DNA from: Lysobacterales bacterium
GTDB lineage: Bacteria; Pseudomonadota; Gammaproteobacteria; Xanthomonadales; SZUA-5
Assembly: GCA_022844165.1 (NCBI GenBank)
Contig: JALHMH010000004.1
Coordinates: 10,197-74,196, forward strand
Direction of reading: 5' to 3'
DNA: 64,000 bases
Shown: piece after piece, positions 17,620 through 26,711 of the stretch
How the letters are laid out: every line of letters starts with the position of its first letter
Position numbering within the stretch: the first letter of the stretch is position 1
Notes under the pieces: model-generated
The model's database searches: none
What the model was told of the DNA's origin: nothing
Seen by the model: only the letters and a program-made list of their open reading frames with translations
Position numbers and translations under genes: made by a program

Positions 17620-18633
17620 TCAGCGCTCGAAATGTGGGTGTTGCAAGGCCCGCACGCGATCGGCATCGGCTGTTCGGCCGCGGTGGTGTAGCTCGGCGGC
17701 AACGCCGTCGATGATCTGCGCAACGATCTCCCGATCCCAATCGATAGATTCCGCGAGTCCCGCACGCCACCATGGGTTATCGGTAGCTTCGACGATCGAG
17801 CGCAAAGATAGGTCGAGATCAGATTGGGCCGGATTGGTGGCGTCCAGTGCAGTGTAGGCAGCAACGAGCGCACGCACTGGATCGTCGCCGATGATCGCCT
17901 TGGCCTCCTCAGTGCGGTTGGCTTGCGTCAGCGAATGCGCAACTCTGGCGATCATCGAGGCCGAGAGGAATCTGTCGGGCGTGTCGCCTGGAGGGGTCTC
18001 GGCTCGCAGCCGTGCCATGTGGCTCGCATGCAGCGCGGCGCGATCGAGGTTCTCCAGCTGCAATGCGTTGCCAAGCGCGATATTGAGTGCCAGTGGCAGC
18101 ATCGTGTCGGGCAGGTCCGCGTACATCTCCGAGTCGCGCAACATGTCGAGGAACATCACGCGGGCATCGAGATGCGGCGCGGCGAGTTCAGGCTGCTTGG
18201 CGAGGTCGATACCCAAATGATTCGACACCGTCTCAAACCAGTAGTTGGTGAATTCATCGCGCTCTGGTTGGCCCAGGTATTCCGCTTGCGCGGCAATGAC
18301 CAGGCGCGCTGCCTCGGTCAACTGCTTGCGTTTGGAATAAGCCAGTGCCAGTCGCAGCCCAAGGTTCGCGCGCACGAAGGCATCGGTGCTCGGGTTGGCC
18401 AAGTCCGCACGCATGCGCGCCTCCACCGCCGCGCTGGTCTCCGGCTCGCCGGCCTTGTCGCATTGGAGGATCCACATCCCGCCCGACCGGTCCAAACTCC
18501 CTTTGCCCCCGTTTAAAAAGGCTCGCGCCTCGGCACACCCCGCGACGTTGTAATCCAGCTCAGACTCCGCCATTGCCGGCTGACCGACGCATGCCGCAAA
18601 CACGATAAGGCAGCGGTGAAACTTGAAAGCCAT
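17620..18633 (-). CDS. exported hypothetical protein (337 aa), helical-repeat-like
   Basis: Signal peptide MAFKFHRCLIVFAACVGQPAMA. Codon usage is consistent with coding. I recognised no family motif. Confidence 0.55.
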   Translation of the reverse strand: MAFKFHRCLIVFAACVGQPAMAESELDYNVAGCAEARAFLNGGKGSLDRSGGMWILQCDKAGEPETSAAVEARMRADLANPSTDAFVRANLGLRLALAYSKRKQLTEAARLVIAAQAEYLGQPERDEFTNYWFETVSNHLGIDLAKQPELAAPHLDARVMFLDMLRDSEMYADLPDTMLPLALNIALGNALQLENLDRAALHASHMARLRAETPPGDTPDRFLSASMIARVAHSLTQANRTEEAKAIIGDDPVRALVAAYTALDATNPAQSDLDLSLRSIVEATDNPWWRAGLAESIDWDREIVAQIIDGVAAELHHRGRTADADRVRALQHPHFER

Positions 18634-18920
18634 GGTTAACCTCCAGCGGATGCCAACAGCGATGGACTTCAGACCTCAAACCAGCGCCGGCACGACCACT
18701 TTCAGCATGTGCAGGCGGTAGAGTCGATGGGCAGCGAAGCTACTGAACGAAAGCTACGCAAATTCGCGAAGACGAGGGCCATTTCCAGATTTGCAGATGC
18801 CCGGCGAGCCAAATGGCCGGACTGGCGATTCAACTCGACATCAATCTCGCTGGTCCCCGCGTCACTCGGTCTCGCGCGTCTTGAGATCGACGCACCAGGA
18901 ACGGCGGCATGAATCGATGG

Positions 18921-21575
18921 TCATGGCCCTTCGAATCCATTCTCGAAAACCGCGTCGCCGATCGTAGTGTGCATCGCCGGTGCGGAGCCACTGTAGGCGT
19001 GGGCGATCGAGCCTATGTACTCGGCGAGGACGATGGCAATTCCGGCAGTATCGAAAGTGATCGTGCAAGCGAATTCAATGGTGTCAAGCGTAACCGGCGA
19101 TGGTGTACTGTCGATGCAGGTCTCGCCGCTGTTGGCCATGAATCGAACCTGACCTGTGGTCGGCCGGGGAGATGCGCTCACGCGAGCGGTGAACATGACG
19201 GGTTGACCCACGGTCGATGGATCTGGCGAGTCGCCGGTGATGATAGTAGAGGTGGCTACGCCCGTTCGGTGCAAAACGACTCGATTGCTCGCTCGCTGTC
19301 CAACGGCGAGCTGGTTTCGCAGCGGGTCATAACTGAAAACCTGTACCGCACCCTCGCCAGGAACCAGACCCAGCACACTGTGTGTATCGTTGATCTGCCC
19401 GACAACACTGCCGTTCGCCAGACCGAGCGTAATCGCACCCGTCGCGTTGAAAATGTTGCTCCAGTTCCGGCTCTTGACGACAAAATTCCCGTTGGGCATC
19501 GGGACAATGCCAGCGTCTCCAACGCTGTCATTTGCGATAGTGCCGATGATCGAATTGAGCGGCGACACCACGCCGCTGATACCCGTCGTGCCGTTTCCGA
19601 GGGTCACCGAGCCGACGTCACCAATCGGGCCGTTGTCCCACGCCGTGCTTTGCACCACATAGTCTCCGTTGGGTAGCGCGGTGACACCGAGGCCGCCGAT
19701 GTAATCATTTACCTTGCTTCCCACCAGCGAGTTCGACGGCGAAACAACGCCGACGATTCCAGTCGTGCCGGATGCAAAGGTTACGGCGCCTACATTGGCG
19801 ATCGCCCCATTGTCCCAATACGGGGAATTGATCACGTAGTTGCCATTGGACAGTGCTGTAACACCATGACTGCCCAAGACGTGTTCGGTCGCCTCACCGA
19901 CCAGCGAATTGACTGGCGACACAACTCCCGTGATGCCCGTTGCGCCCGAGGCGAAGGTGATTGCGCCAGCATTGGCAATCGCGCCATTGCGCCAAGCGAA
20001 GGACCGAACCACATAGTTGCCGTTGGTCAAAGCAGTCACGCCGCCGATGCCTACTTGATCGTTCGCGACGCTTCCGATCAGCGAGTTCGATGCAGACATG
20101 GGGCCCGCGACCCCGACCGACCCCGAACCAAAAGCAACGGCGCCAACGTCGGCGACTGAGCCGTTGTCCCAGCGGGAGTTCGCGACCACATAGTTGCCGT
20201 TAGACAACGGCGTTACGAAGCTGCCAAGGTTTTCGTTTGCGGTGGCGCCGACCAAGGAATTAGTTTGCGAAACCGTACCGACGATCCCAACCACCCCCGA
20301 CCCGAAGGTAACAGCGCCTGCATCAGGTATCGCGCCGTTGTCCCACGCCGCAGAACCGACGACGTAGTTACCATTCGCCAACGCCGTCACGCCGCTGCTA
20401 CCAATGGCATCGGCCACGCCTGTGCCGATCAATGAGTTCGCTGCTGATATCGTCCCGCGTATGCCTTGCGTTCCTGATCCAAAGGTCACCGCTCCCACAT
20501 CGGTGAGTGAGCCGTTGTCCCAGCTTATGGAGCGAACCACGTAGTTGCCGTTGGTTAGCGCCGTGACGCCAGCCGCACCTACTTGATCGCGAAACGAACT
20601 GCCAATCAGCGAGTTGTCGGACGAGATAGGGCCGCGTACACCCAACGTGCCCGAGCCGAACGTCACGGCGCCGACATCGCCGATGAAGCCATTGTTCCAG
20701 TCGGGGCTGGCAACTACGTAATTTCCGTTGGCGAGAACCGTTATTTCTTCAATCCCGATGTTGTCGAAGGAGGAACTTCCAACAAGCGAGTTCTCTGCCG
20801 AAACCAGCCCGACGATCCCAGTTAAGCCATTGCCGAAAGTGACGGCACCTTGATCATCACTGCCCCAAAACGGGCTTCTGATCACATAGTTACCATTGGG
20901 GAGCCCGGTCACTCCCAGGGAACCTACTTGATCGAAAGGCACACCGACCAGAGAGTTCGACGCTGACACAACGCCAGCGACGCCGATTGTTCCCGAGCCA
21001 AAGGTTACCGCGCCAGCACCATTGCTCCACCGGGCAGTGGCGACCACGTAGTTGCCGTTCGTCAACGCCGTGACCCCGGTGTTACCTACCGCATCGTTCG
21101 CCGAGCTGCCGACCAGCGAATTGGCCGACGACACCTGGCCGTTGATACCTGAGCTTGCCGAACAAAAAGTGACCGCGCCAGCGGCCGGGATTGATCCGTT
21201 GTTCCACTCCGGGCTCCTGACAACGAAGTTGCCGTTCGCCAAGACGACAATGCCGCCGACGCCGACGCGGTCGTTCTCGGCGCTGCCTCGAAGGGTGCTG
21301 ATCAATGTGCCGGTCGGCCGATACAAGTAAACCGCACCGATGTCGGAAACAGCTGGATTCGGTAAATCGAAGAACGGATCGGTGACAACAATATTGCCGT
21401 TCGGCAACGTAGTTACCGAGGTACCGAACAGGCTGCTGCCCGGTGGGCCCGCAATGACCATCTGCGCTGCGTAAACATCGCCGACAAGCAGTGCGAATGC
21501 ACAAACCGCGAACCGGTAAACCCGAGTCGCAGTGTCTTCAGAAAGTCGACGACTGGATTTGGTGGAGTTGCTCAT
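18921..21575 (-). CDS. exported protein with about 11-12 tandem ~60-aa repeats, a C-terminal Ig-like domain and a terminal FENGFEGP
   Basis: Start ATG 21575 (MSNSTKSSRR..., signal-like FAVCAFALLVGDVYAAQ). The repeat consensus is NGNYVV-SP-WdNG-x5-GAVTFGSG-x-G-x-G-VS-x-NSLVG. The tail reads TSTIITGDSPDPSTVGQPV ... DAVFENGFEGP. Confidence 0.8.
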   Translation of the reverse strand: MSNSTKSSRRLSEDTATRVYRFAVCAFALLVGDVYAAQMVIAGPPGSSLFGTSVTTLPNGNIVVTDPFFDLPNPAVSDIGAVYLYRPTGTLISTLRGSAENDRVGVGGIVVLANGNFVVRSPEWNNGSIPAAGAVTFCSASSGINGQVSSANSLVGSSANDAVGNTGVTALTNGNYVVATARWSNGAGAVTFGSGTIGVAGVVSASNSLVGVPFDQVGSLGVTGLPNGNYVIRSPFWGSDDQGAVTFGNGLTGIVGLVSAENSLVGSSSFDNIGIEEITVLANGNYVVASPDWNNGFIGDVGAVTFGSGTLGVRGPISSDNSLIGSSFRDQVGAAGVTALTNGNYVVRSISWDNGSLTDVGAVTFGSGTQGIRGTISAANSLIGTGVADAIGSSGVTALANGNYVVGSAAWDNGAIPDAGAVTFGSGVVGIVGTVSQTNSLVGATANENLGSFVTPLSNGNYVVANSRWDNGSVADVGAVAFGSGSVGVAGPMSASNSLIGSVANDQVGIGGVTALTNGNYVVRSFAWRNGAIANAGAITFASGATGITGVVSPVNSLVGEATEHVLGSHGVTALSNGNYVINSPYWDNGAIANVGAVTFASGTTGIVGVVSPSNSLVGSKVNDYIGGLGVTALPNGDYVVQSTAWDNGPIGDVGSVTLGNGTTGISGVVSPLNSIIGTIANDSVGDAGIVPMPNGNFVVKSRNWSNIFNATGAITLGLANGSVVGQINDTHSVLGLVPGEGAVQVFSYDPLRNQLAVGQRASNRVVLHRTGVATSTIITGDSPDPSTVGQPVMFTARVSASPRPTTGQVRFMANSGETCIDSTPSPVTLDTIEFACTITFDTAGIAIVLAEYIGSIAHAYSGSAPAMHTTIGDAVFENGFEGP

Positions 21576-21946
21576 AGCTGCCCCAAAGAAAGCCGGTTGT
21601 GAAGCCGATGCCCGAATCCATCGATCTCGACGAGATTTCCTGTCGCCCTTTCCGGGACCCAGCGGCACCAAGACATCACACCATACGCATCGAAAATGAC
21701 CAACGTCCACTCGTCGTGTAGTCGCGGCACGACAGTCGGAAAGGCCCTATCAACTGGCTTCGCATCCTCCCCGGCCGTGGGTTTGCCCCACGAAAGAAGC
21801 AAAGATTGGCTTTCAAGCGATTCGTCCATACGCTGTTGAGTCCTTTCTTGCGACCGATCCTGCATCGAGAGCGCAAGTGACCGGATTCCCTCGAGTTGGC
21901 GCTCAATCACCGACCAGGGAATCGAGTATGAAATCGGCCAATCCAA
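21572..21946 (-). CDS. possible 124-aa ORF translationally coupled to the repeat protein
   Basis: Its TGA overlaps the downstream ATG (ATGA at 21572-21575). Codon bias is only moderate and there is no recognisable motif. Confidence 0.3.
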   Translation of the reverse strand: MDWPISYSIPWSVIERQLEGIRSLALSMQDRSQERTQQRMDESLESQSLLLSWGKPTAGEDAKPVDRAFPTVVPRLHDEWTLVIFDAYGVMSWCRWVPERATGNLVEIDGFGHRLHNRLSLGQL

Positions 21947-22016
21947 TCAATTGCGCAACGGATGACGCAACCGCCTCGGGCTCGGACGCGGGCAAGTGCC
22001 TTCTCCCATTCAGATA

Positions 22017-22096
22017 GGGCCGGCGGCGGAAACCGCGCGGACGGATCGCGGCACGGTCATTGGATTCGGCGCGCGTGTTCCGCCCTACGTCTGCTG
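22017..22096. repeat. REP-like family A, partial copy 1
   Basis: The sequence gggccggcggcggaaaccgcgcggacggatcgcggcacggtcattggattcggcgcgcgtgttccgccctacgtctgctg is near-identical to parts of 28765-28927 and 38243-38399. Confidence 0.65.
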
Positions 22097-22119
22097 CGGC
22101 GTTCTTGATGCGCGACCCG

Positions 22120-22863
22120 TCATTTCGATCGAACTGTTGACCAGCTCGGCGTCGGCGCTGCGAGGTCAGGTTCGAATCCGTTGGCGAGAAATCCATCGTC
22201 GAAGCGCACATCGTCGAGCATGTAGTTGCCGACGCCCGATGGCTGCAGCCGAGTCACGAATGCGCGATCGAAAGCTTGCGCGCTGACCACGCCGACGAAG
22301 CGCACCGTAGAATCGAACGCTGTTGTCACTTCATCGACGCCGACCACATCGTCGCCGTTACGTAACTCGATGCGCATTCGACTCGGCGCAGCGCCGCTGG
22401 AATCGCAACCCACGCACTGCAGCGTCATGCCCAATGAGCGCGTCGGGTGCGCGAATACCAGCGCAAAATCGCGCCAATTCACCAGCACATAGTTGGGCGG
22501 CGATGCCTGGCCTTGAAAGACGGTCGAGTGTTGATCGCTGCTGATGCTCGGCGCGTTCGGAAACTCGACACCGCTCAGCACCACACCCGGCGTGAGCAGT
22601 GGCGCCAGCGCGCCCGCCGTTAGCCGATCGAAGCCCTCCGCCCGTTGCTGCGGCGCCGCCTGCGCAAAGGCTTGGAGATTCGTGAAGGTCGTCGTTTGCG
22701 TGCCTGCCGCACTCGCGGTTGCGCTATCCGCGCCGGATCCGCCAAAGACAGCCGCACGATCGACGGGCAGGTTCGACAAGAAGACAGCTTCTGCAGATGC
22801 CGCAAAACCGCTGATGAGGGCAGCCAGCACAGCGCAACTGGAAAGGGATCGGGATACTCTCAT
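22120..22863 (-). CDS. exported hypothetical protein (247 aa) with a near-C-terminal FLANGFE
   Basis: Signal peptide MRVSRSLSSCAVLAALISGFAASAEA. The tail reads ...DDVRFDDGFLANGFE followed by 16 residues. Repeat A1 lies just 3' of the stop. Confidence 0.65.
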   Translation of the reverse strand: MRVSRSLSSCAVLAALISGFAASAEAVFLSNLPVDRAAVFGGSGADSATASAAGTQTTTFTNLQAFAQAAPQQRAEGFDRLTAGALAPLLTPGVVLSGVEFPNAPSISSDQHSTVFQGQASPPNYVLVNWRDFALVFAHPTRSLGMTLQCVGCDSSGAAPSRMRIELRNGDDVVGVDEVTTAFDSTVRFVGVVSAQAFDRAFVTRLQPSGVGNYMLDDVRFDDGFLANGFEPDLAAPTPSWSTVRSK

Positions 22864-22986
22864 GGCGACTTTTGGAGCAATGGTATCGGCACAGCGGCCA
22901 ACGATATCCAGATACTAGGAAAGCTCGCCTGAATCGCTCAGCGTCGAACCCAGCACGAAGCCGGTGGATGTTCAACCGCGATGAAG

Positions 22987-23346
22987 CTAACCAGCGTGGC
23001 AAACTTCATAGATACCAATGTTTTGATCGCCGCCGTTGTCGGTGTAGAACGCCGAGAAGCGAATCCCCGAGCCGTTGTCGTAGCGCCCACGAAGCGCAAA
23101 CCCCAGCCGACCATCCAGGTTGGGCCCGAAGGGTTGGGTGCCGTCGACGCGTTGCGCGCCGAACCGCCGCGGGTCGCGAAGCGAGGGCAGTGGCAGCAGC
23201 GGCAGCGCCTCGCCATACACCGAGAGTCGATTGTTGTCTGCATCGTGAAGATTGCGCGCGGCTGCGTTCAGCAGCTTGACGATATCGCCGCGCACTGGCG
23301 CATGCGCCTTGAGGCGTCCAATACGCGCCAGGTTTTCAAGCGTCAT
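22987..23346 (-). pseudogene. HEPN-like partner of the upstream nucleotidyltransferase, truncated or fused after ~45 aa
   Basis: The N-terminus MTLENLARIGRLKAHAPVRGDIVKLLNAAARNLHDAD resembles the HEPN-type proteins that follow wHTH-NTase genes. The rest (..GFALRGRYDNGSGIRFSAFYTDNGG..) looks unrelated. The start overlaps the upstream stop by 11 nt. Confidence 0.35.
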
Positions 23347-23937
23347 CGAGGGCTCCGATCAATGGCAGAGTGGGATCCCGCAGAACGCGAGCGATAAAGC
23401 CATCGTCCTGACGCCGCTGCTCGAATTCTGCGCGGTGCATCACCAGCGGGTTGACCTCACGCCCCAGGCGCTCATGGCACTGATAGAGCGCTGCGACCAC
23501 GTCGGCGAAGCTTGCGTCACCGACAATCAGCACATCGATATCGCTGCGGGGGCCTTCCTCACCCTTGGCACCGAGCCGAACACAAAGGCCAGTTCGATCT
23601 CGTGAGTCAATGGCGCCAAAGCCTCGCGCAGCACATCAGTCAGTCCTACCGATTTGCGCAGTATCGATTGCAACTCAGCGAAGATCGGACAGTCGCGCCG
23701 AGCTTGGTAATGCACCTGATTGCCGACGCGGCGCGAATGCACCAGGCCAGCCGTTTCCAGGCGCTTGAGCTCGCGGTGGGCAGTGCCGGCATTGACACCA
23801 GCGAGCCGCTCCAGTTCGCGCAGATGAAAGGACTGGTCAGGGCGCATGAGCAACACGGCGAGCAGCCGCAAATGATAGGCCGCGAAAAGAAGTGCCGCTG
23901 GCGTGGTCGGCGAGGCGCGATGAGCGGATGAGTTCAT
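23336..23937 (-). pseudogene. winged-helix + minimal nucleotidyltransferase (MNT-type) gene split by a 1-nt frameshift
   Basis: ORF 23527..23937 ends ..FVFGSVPRVRKAPAAISMC. The adjacent frame reads AKGEEGPRSDIDVLIVGDASF and continues as ORF 23336..23533. The shift is at about 23567-23572. Confidence 0.6.
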
Positions 23938-24017
23938 ATGGACAACGATTGTTGTCCATTCGACAAATCAGCGCAAGGTTTCGATGACTGTGCCGTGGGT
24001 CTTGCCGTCAGCCGCAG

Positions 24018-24263
24018 CTATTTGAAAACTTCGAATAACTGAGCCCTCATCCAGTTCGCTGTCCTCGTACACCTTTTCAGGCGGTAGTTGATCGTCGGGA
24101 CTTGGACGTCAAAAAGTTGCGCCATCATTTTCTGGCTCAGCCAGACGTTCTCGTCTGCGTAAATCGCCTCGACACCGCTTGTGCCACTGGCCGCGACGAA
24201 GGTCAGGTATTCGGCGGCTGAAGAGCGCACGAGCGCATTGGCGGTCTTCTTCTTGATCGTCAT
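24018..24263 (-). pseudogene. N-terminal fragment of a RhuM-like protein
   Basis: AEYLTFVAASGTSGVEAIYADENVWLSQKMMAQLFDVQVPTINYRLK resembles the RhuM-family N-terminal region. Only 81 aa are present, against about 330 aa in full-length members as I recall. Confidence 0.45.
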
Positions 24264-24358
24264 GCGGGCTCAGAACCAGAGGTCTTGAACGAGGGCGGTC
24301 GAAATAGCCAGCCTCGTCGGCGGGTGATCCGCCACAACGGCGACGATGATAAATACCA

Positions 24359-25063
24359 TCAAGCCCAGGTCAGAGTGGCCATGTAACCCAAGCCGGCCAC
24401 TAACACCGTTGCGCCCAAACCAAGAAATCCCCAGCGCAGCCTCGTTTTGAAGACCAACGACAAACCGGCGAAGAACAAGGACACAGTGAAGATGACCACG
24501 GCCAAAGAGAACTGGTCGCCCTTGGTATTGGCGTCGTTCCCTTCTTCGAAACGCTTGTCGGCGGCGGCGAACTCGGCGGCGCTGTCGGCAAACAACTCAT
24601 CAACATAATCCGAGGAGAGATCGTTTACCAATGCGTTCTCCAAATGCTCTGGCGTCAGGACAGCCTCCGCATTTCCGTCCCAGTAGGCTTTGCGCACCTC
24701 TTCGGGCAAGCCGAGATGCATGTAGGCGGTGGCGGACAGCTGCGAGATCAGCATCCAGCTGGCCATTCCGGCGCTGCGGCCGGCCTGATCCTCGTCCTCG
24801 ATTTCGCGCGACTCCCAAATCAGCTCTTTGGTGCGACGTTCGATGTCCACGTCGTTGTCGTAGGTGGACTGTTCATTGTTGAAGGTGGTCGATGCGCTGG
24901 TGGTCATCGCCGTGGCAGCGCTATAGGCTTGCACGCTCAGCCCACCCCAAAGGTTGTTTTGGTGGCCGGCGACCGAGGCCGCAGTGGCGCCGAGGCCCAG
25001 CAGGATTGCGGCGGTCAGTTCGAAGGGGTCGAACGGCTTTTTCTCGTCTTGCGATTGGCTCAT
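24359..25063 (-). CDS. hypothetical membrane protein (234 aa)
   Basis: ATG 25063 (MSQSQDEKKPFDPFELT). It has one N-terminal and two C-terminal hydrophobic helices around an acidic helical middle. I recognised no family. Confidence 0.55.
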   Translation of the reverse strand: MSQSQDEKKPFDPFELTAAILLGLGATAASVAGHQNNLWGGLSVQAYSAATAMTTSASTTFNNEQSTYDNDVDIERRTKELIWESREIEDEDQAGRSAGMASWMLISQLSATAYMHLGLPEEVRKAYWDGNAEAVLTPEHLENALVNDLSSDYVDELFADSAAEFAAADKRFEEGNDANTKGDQFSLAVVIFTVSLFFAGLSLVFKTRLRWGFLGLGATVLVAGLGYMATLTWA

Positions 25064-25201
25064 GGCAGGCCTTTGGTAGCGATGTGAATTGCGCGAGGCG
25101 CAGACGGATTCTGCGCGAATACGGCGAGTCGCGCAGAACCTTGACGCGCGCGGAGGTAGTCTGCGGGTCCGACCTTGCCCCATCAACTACGCTGGCACCG
25201 A

Positions 25202-25402
25202 ATGACTCCGTTGATCGATTGCCAATCGCTCCGCCACGCGTTTGGCTACCACCAAGTGCTGAAGGGTCTCACCTGGCGCGTTTCGCCGGGTGAACGTGTG
25301 GGCTCTTTGGGCGTAACGGCTGCGGCAAGAGTACGTTGTTGAAGGGTCTTGTTGGCCTGTTCAAGTTCGACGGTGGGCAGGCGACCGTGCTCGGTGAGCC
25401 TA
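25202..25402 (+). pseudogene. ABC-ATPase 5' fragment, frameshifted and truncated by repeat C2
   Basis: MTPLIDCQSLRHAFGYHQVLKGLTWRVSPGERVG is followed by the Walker A in another frame (RNGCGKSTLLKGLVGLFKFDGGQATVLGEP). There is a 1-nt deletion near 25311. Coding ends at the repeat boundary, 25402/25403. Confidence 0.65.
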
Positions 25403-25559
25403 GTGTGGTGTGTTGCAAATACCCTGGACCATTTCCGCGCCTTTTGACCCGAATACGTCGTTGTTCGTCGTCGCCATAGCGCTGCTATGCCTCCTCCTCT
25501 CGCCTAGTCTCGGGCCAAAATGCATCGGAACTTAGTTCAAGGTATCGCAGCGATCACAG
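25403..25559. repeat. MITE-like family C copy 2 (inverted relative to copy 1, one end degenerate)
   Basis: tagtgtggtgtgttgcaaataccctggaccatttccgcg... aligns with the reverse complement of 7134-7294. Confidence 0.55.
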
Positions 25560-25750
25560 TTCTGGTGACAGTTCGCGGTTGGACGAAACCGTGCTCACCG
25601 CCGTTGATGCTGCAGCGGGACAAGTATTCCTAAGGGCGATCATGTGAACAAAGTGCGAGTGCGCCCTGCCGTTCGATGCAGCTGCCGCCTGACAGGGCGG
25701 CAGCGAACGCGATATCGAAGCGGTCCAGAAGTTGATTGTGCTCACTGGGC

Positions 25751-25948
25751 TCAGCACGTCAGCAAGCTCACATCATTGATGACGAACGAGGTTTGCAACG
25801 TACCGCCTTCGGTGCATTCGAAGTGCAAGCGCACGGTTTGGCCCTTGTACGGAAGCTGGCGGAAGCTGCGTTCCACGTCGCCCGACGTTTTGGTCAAGTT
25901 CGAGTGGCTGGCCAGGGTTGTGAGAGCACAATCCCGCGTTACCGTTCA
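25751..25948 (-). pseudogene. start-less C-terminal remnant (..VRLHFECTEGGTLQTSFVINDVSLLTC*), followed 5' by a cupin-gene 3' end remnant
   Basis: It lies within the duplicated block 25802-26000, which matches 45556-45754. There is no start codon. The tail resembles C-terminal beta-sandwich domains of secreted hydrolases, from memory only. Confidence 0.3.
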
Positions 25949-26141
25949 GCGCATGTCGGCGCCCACGATGTCCACCACCAGCGCGCGCGCGGTCTGGTCC
26001 ATCCCGGTTGGAGTCTTTGCTCCAGACGTCACGGCTCGAAGCTTCAACACGTGGTTTGCGGGAACGCGAGGAATGACGAGGCTGTGCTGCCCATCGGGCC
26101 GGAGGCTCTCGGACTCGACCGTGCTACGGACGTTAGCATGG

Positions 26142-26711
26142 CTACTTCTCGTGGATCGGATGGATGTCCGCTGGCGAGTCAGTCAGGGGTGCCGCAACTG
26201 GCTTCAGGGACAAAGACTCGGTCGCATAGTCGATCACGGCGGCATGGGCGTCAAATACGTCCGCCCCGAGAATTACCTCGACATCGGCCGACCCATTTGC
26301 TCGGAGCGGTGCATTCACGTGCTCGAAATCTAACCCGGCAGAGCCCGCCAGCCGCGGGATAAAGGACCCAAGCTGCAAGACCGCCCCCTCGACCCAGTAC
26401 TGATCAAGCGCGCCGCCGGCACCGGCTGCCTCGCGGTTCAACCACGTTGTGCGAAGACCGATGCTCCGAACCACCGTCTGTGGAGACGTTCGCATCACAA
26501 ACACGGCTCGATTCAGACGAGATCGCGTGACATAGGAAAGAACGCTTCTCCCGGTGTACGCCTTGAAAACCCGATGAAAGTGAAACGGCGAGAAGTTCGC
26601 GACACGGGCGAGCGCGTCGAGGGAGAGGTCCGAATCTGGATGGCGATCGATATGGTCGATGACCCGATCCAGGCGATGCCGGAACTCGGCGAGGGCGGCG
26701 TCAGATTTCAC
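26142..26711 (-). CDS. chimeric ORF: AraC/XylS-type N-terminal HTH fused to the C-terminal two-thirds of a retropepsin-like protease
   Basis: Residues 1 to about 78 read LSLDALARVANFSPFHFHRVFKAYTGRSVLSYVTRSRLNRA (AraC HTH). From ..IGLRTTWLNREAAGAGG onward the DNA is near-identical to 44147..44480 (block 26092-26477 matches 44096-44480). The DTGA catalytic region is absent. Confidence 0.6.
   Translation of the reverse strand: MKSDAALAEFRHRLDRVIDHIDRHPDSDLSLDALARVANFSPFHFHRVFKAYTGRSVLSYVTRSRLNRAVFVMRTSPQTVVRSIGLRTTWLNREAAGAGGALDQYWVEGAVLQLGSFIPRLAGSAGLDFEHVNAPLRANGSADVEVILGADVFDAHAAVIDYATESLSLKPVAAPLTDSPADIHPIHEK

Noticed and set aside
22160-22185. GGTTCGAATCC, the canonical tRNA T-loop sequence, which suggested a tRNA gene at an island boundary.
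   Set aside because: The flanking bases do not form a T-stem (tcagg against ccgtt), and no acceptor, D or anticodon arms can be drawn. The string is simply the reverse complement of the codons for G-F-E (gga ttc gaa) in the minus-strand gene 22120..22863.
25644-26362. Two long plus-strand ORFs (229 and 208 aa) across 25.6-26.4 kb.
   Set aside because: They run antisense through the duplicated blocks and the chimeric minus-strand gene, and their translations are Arg/Ser-rich without motifs.
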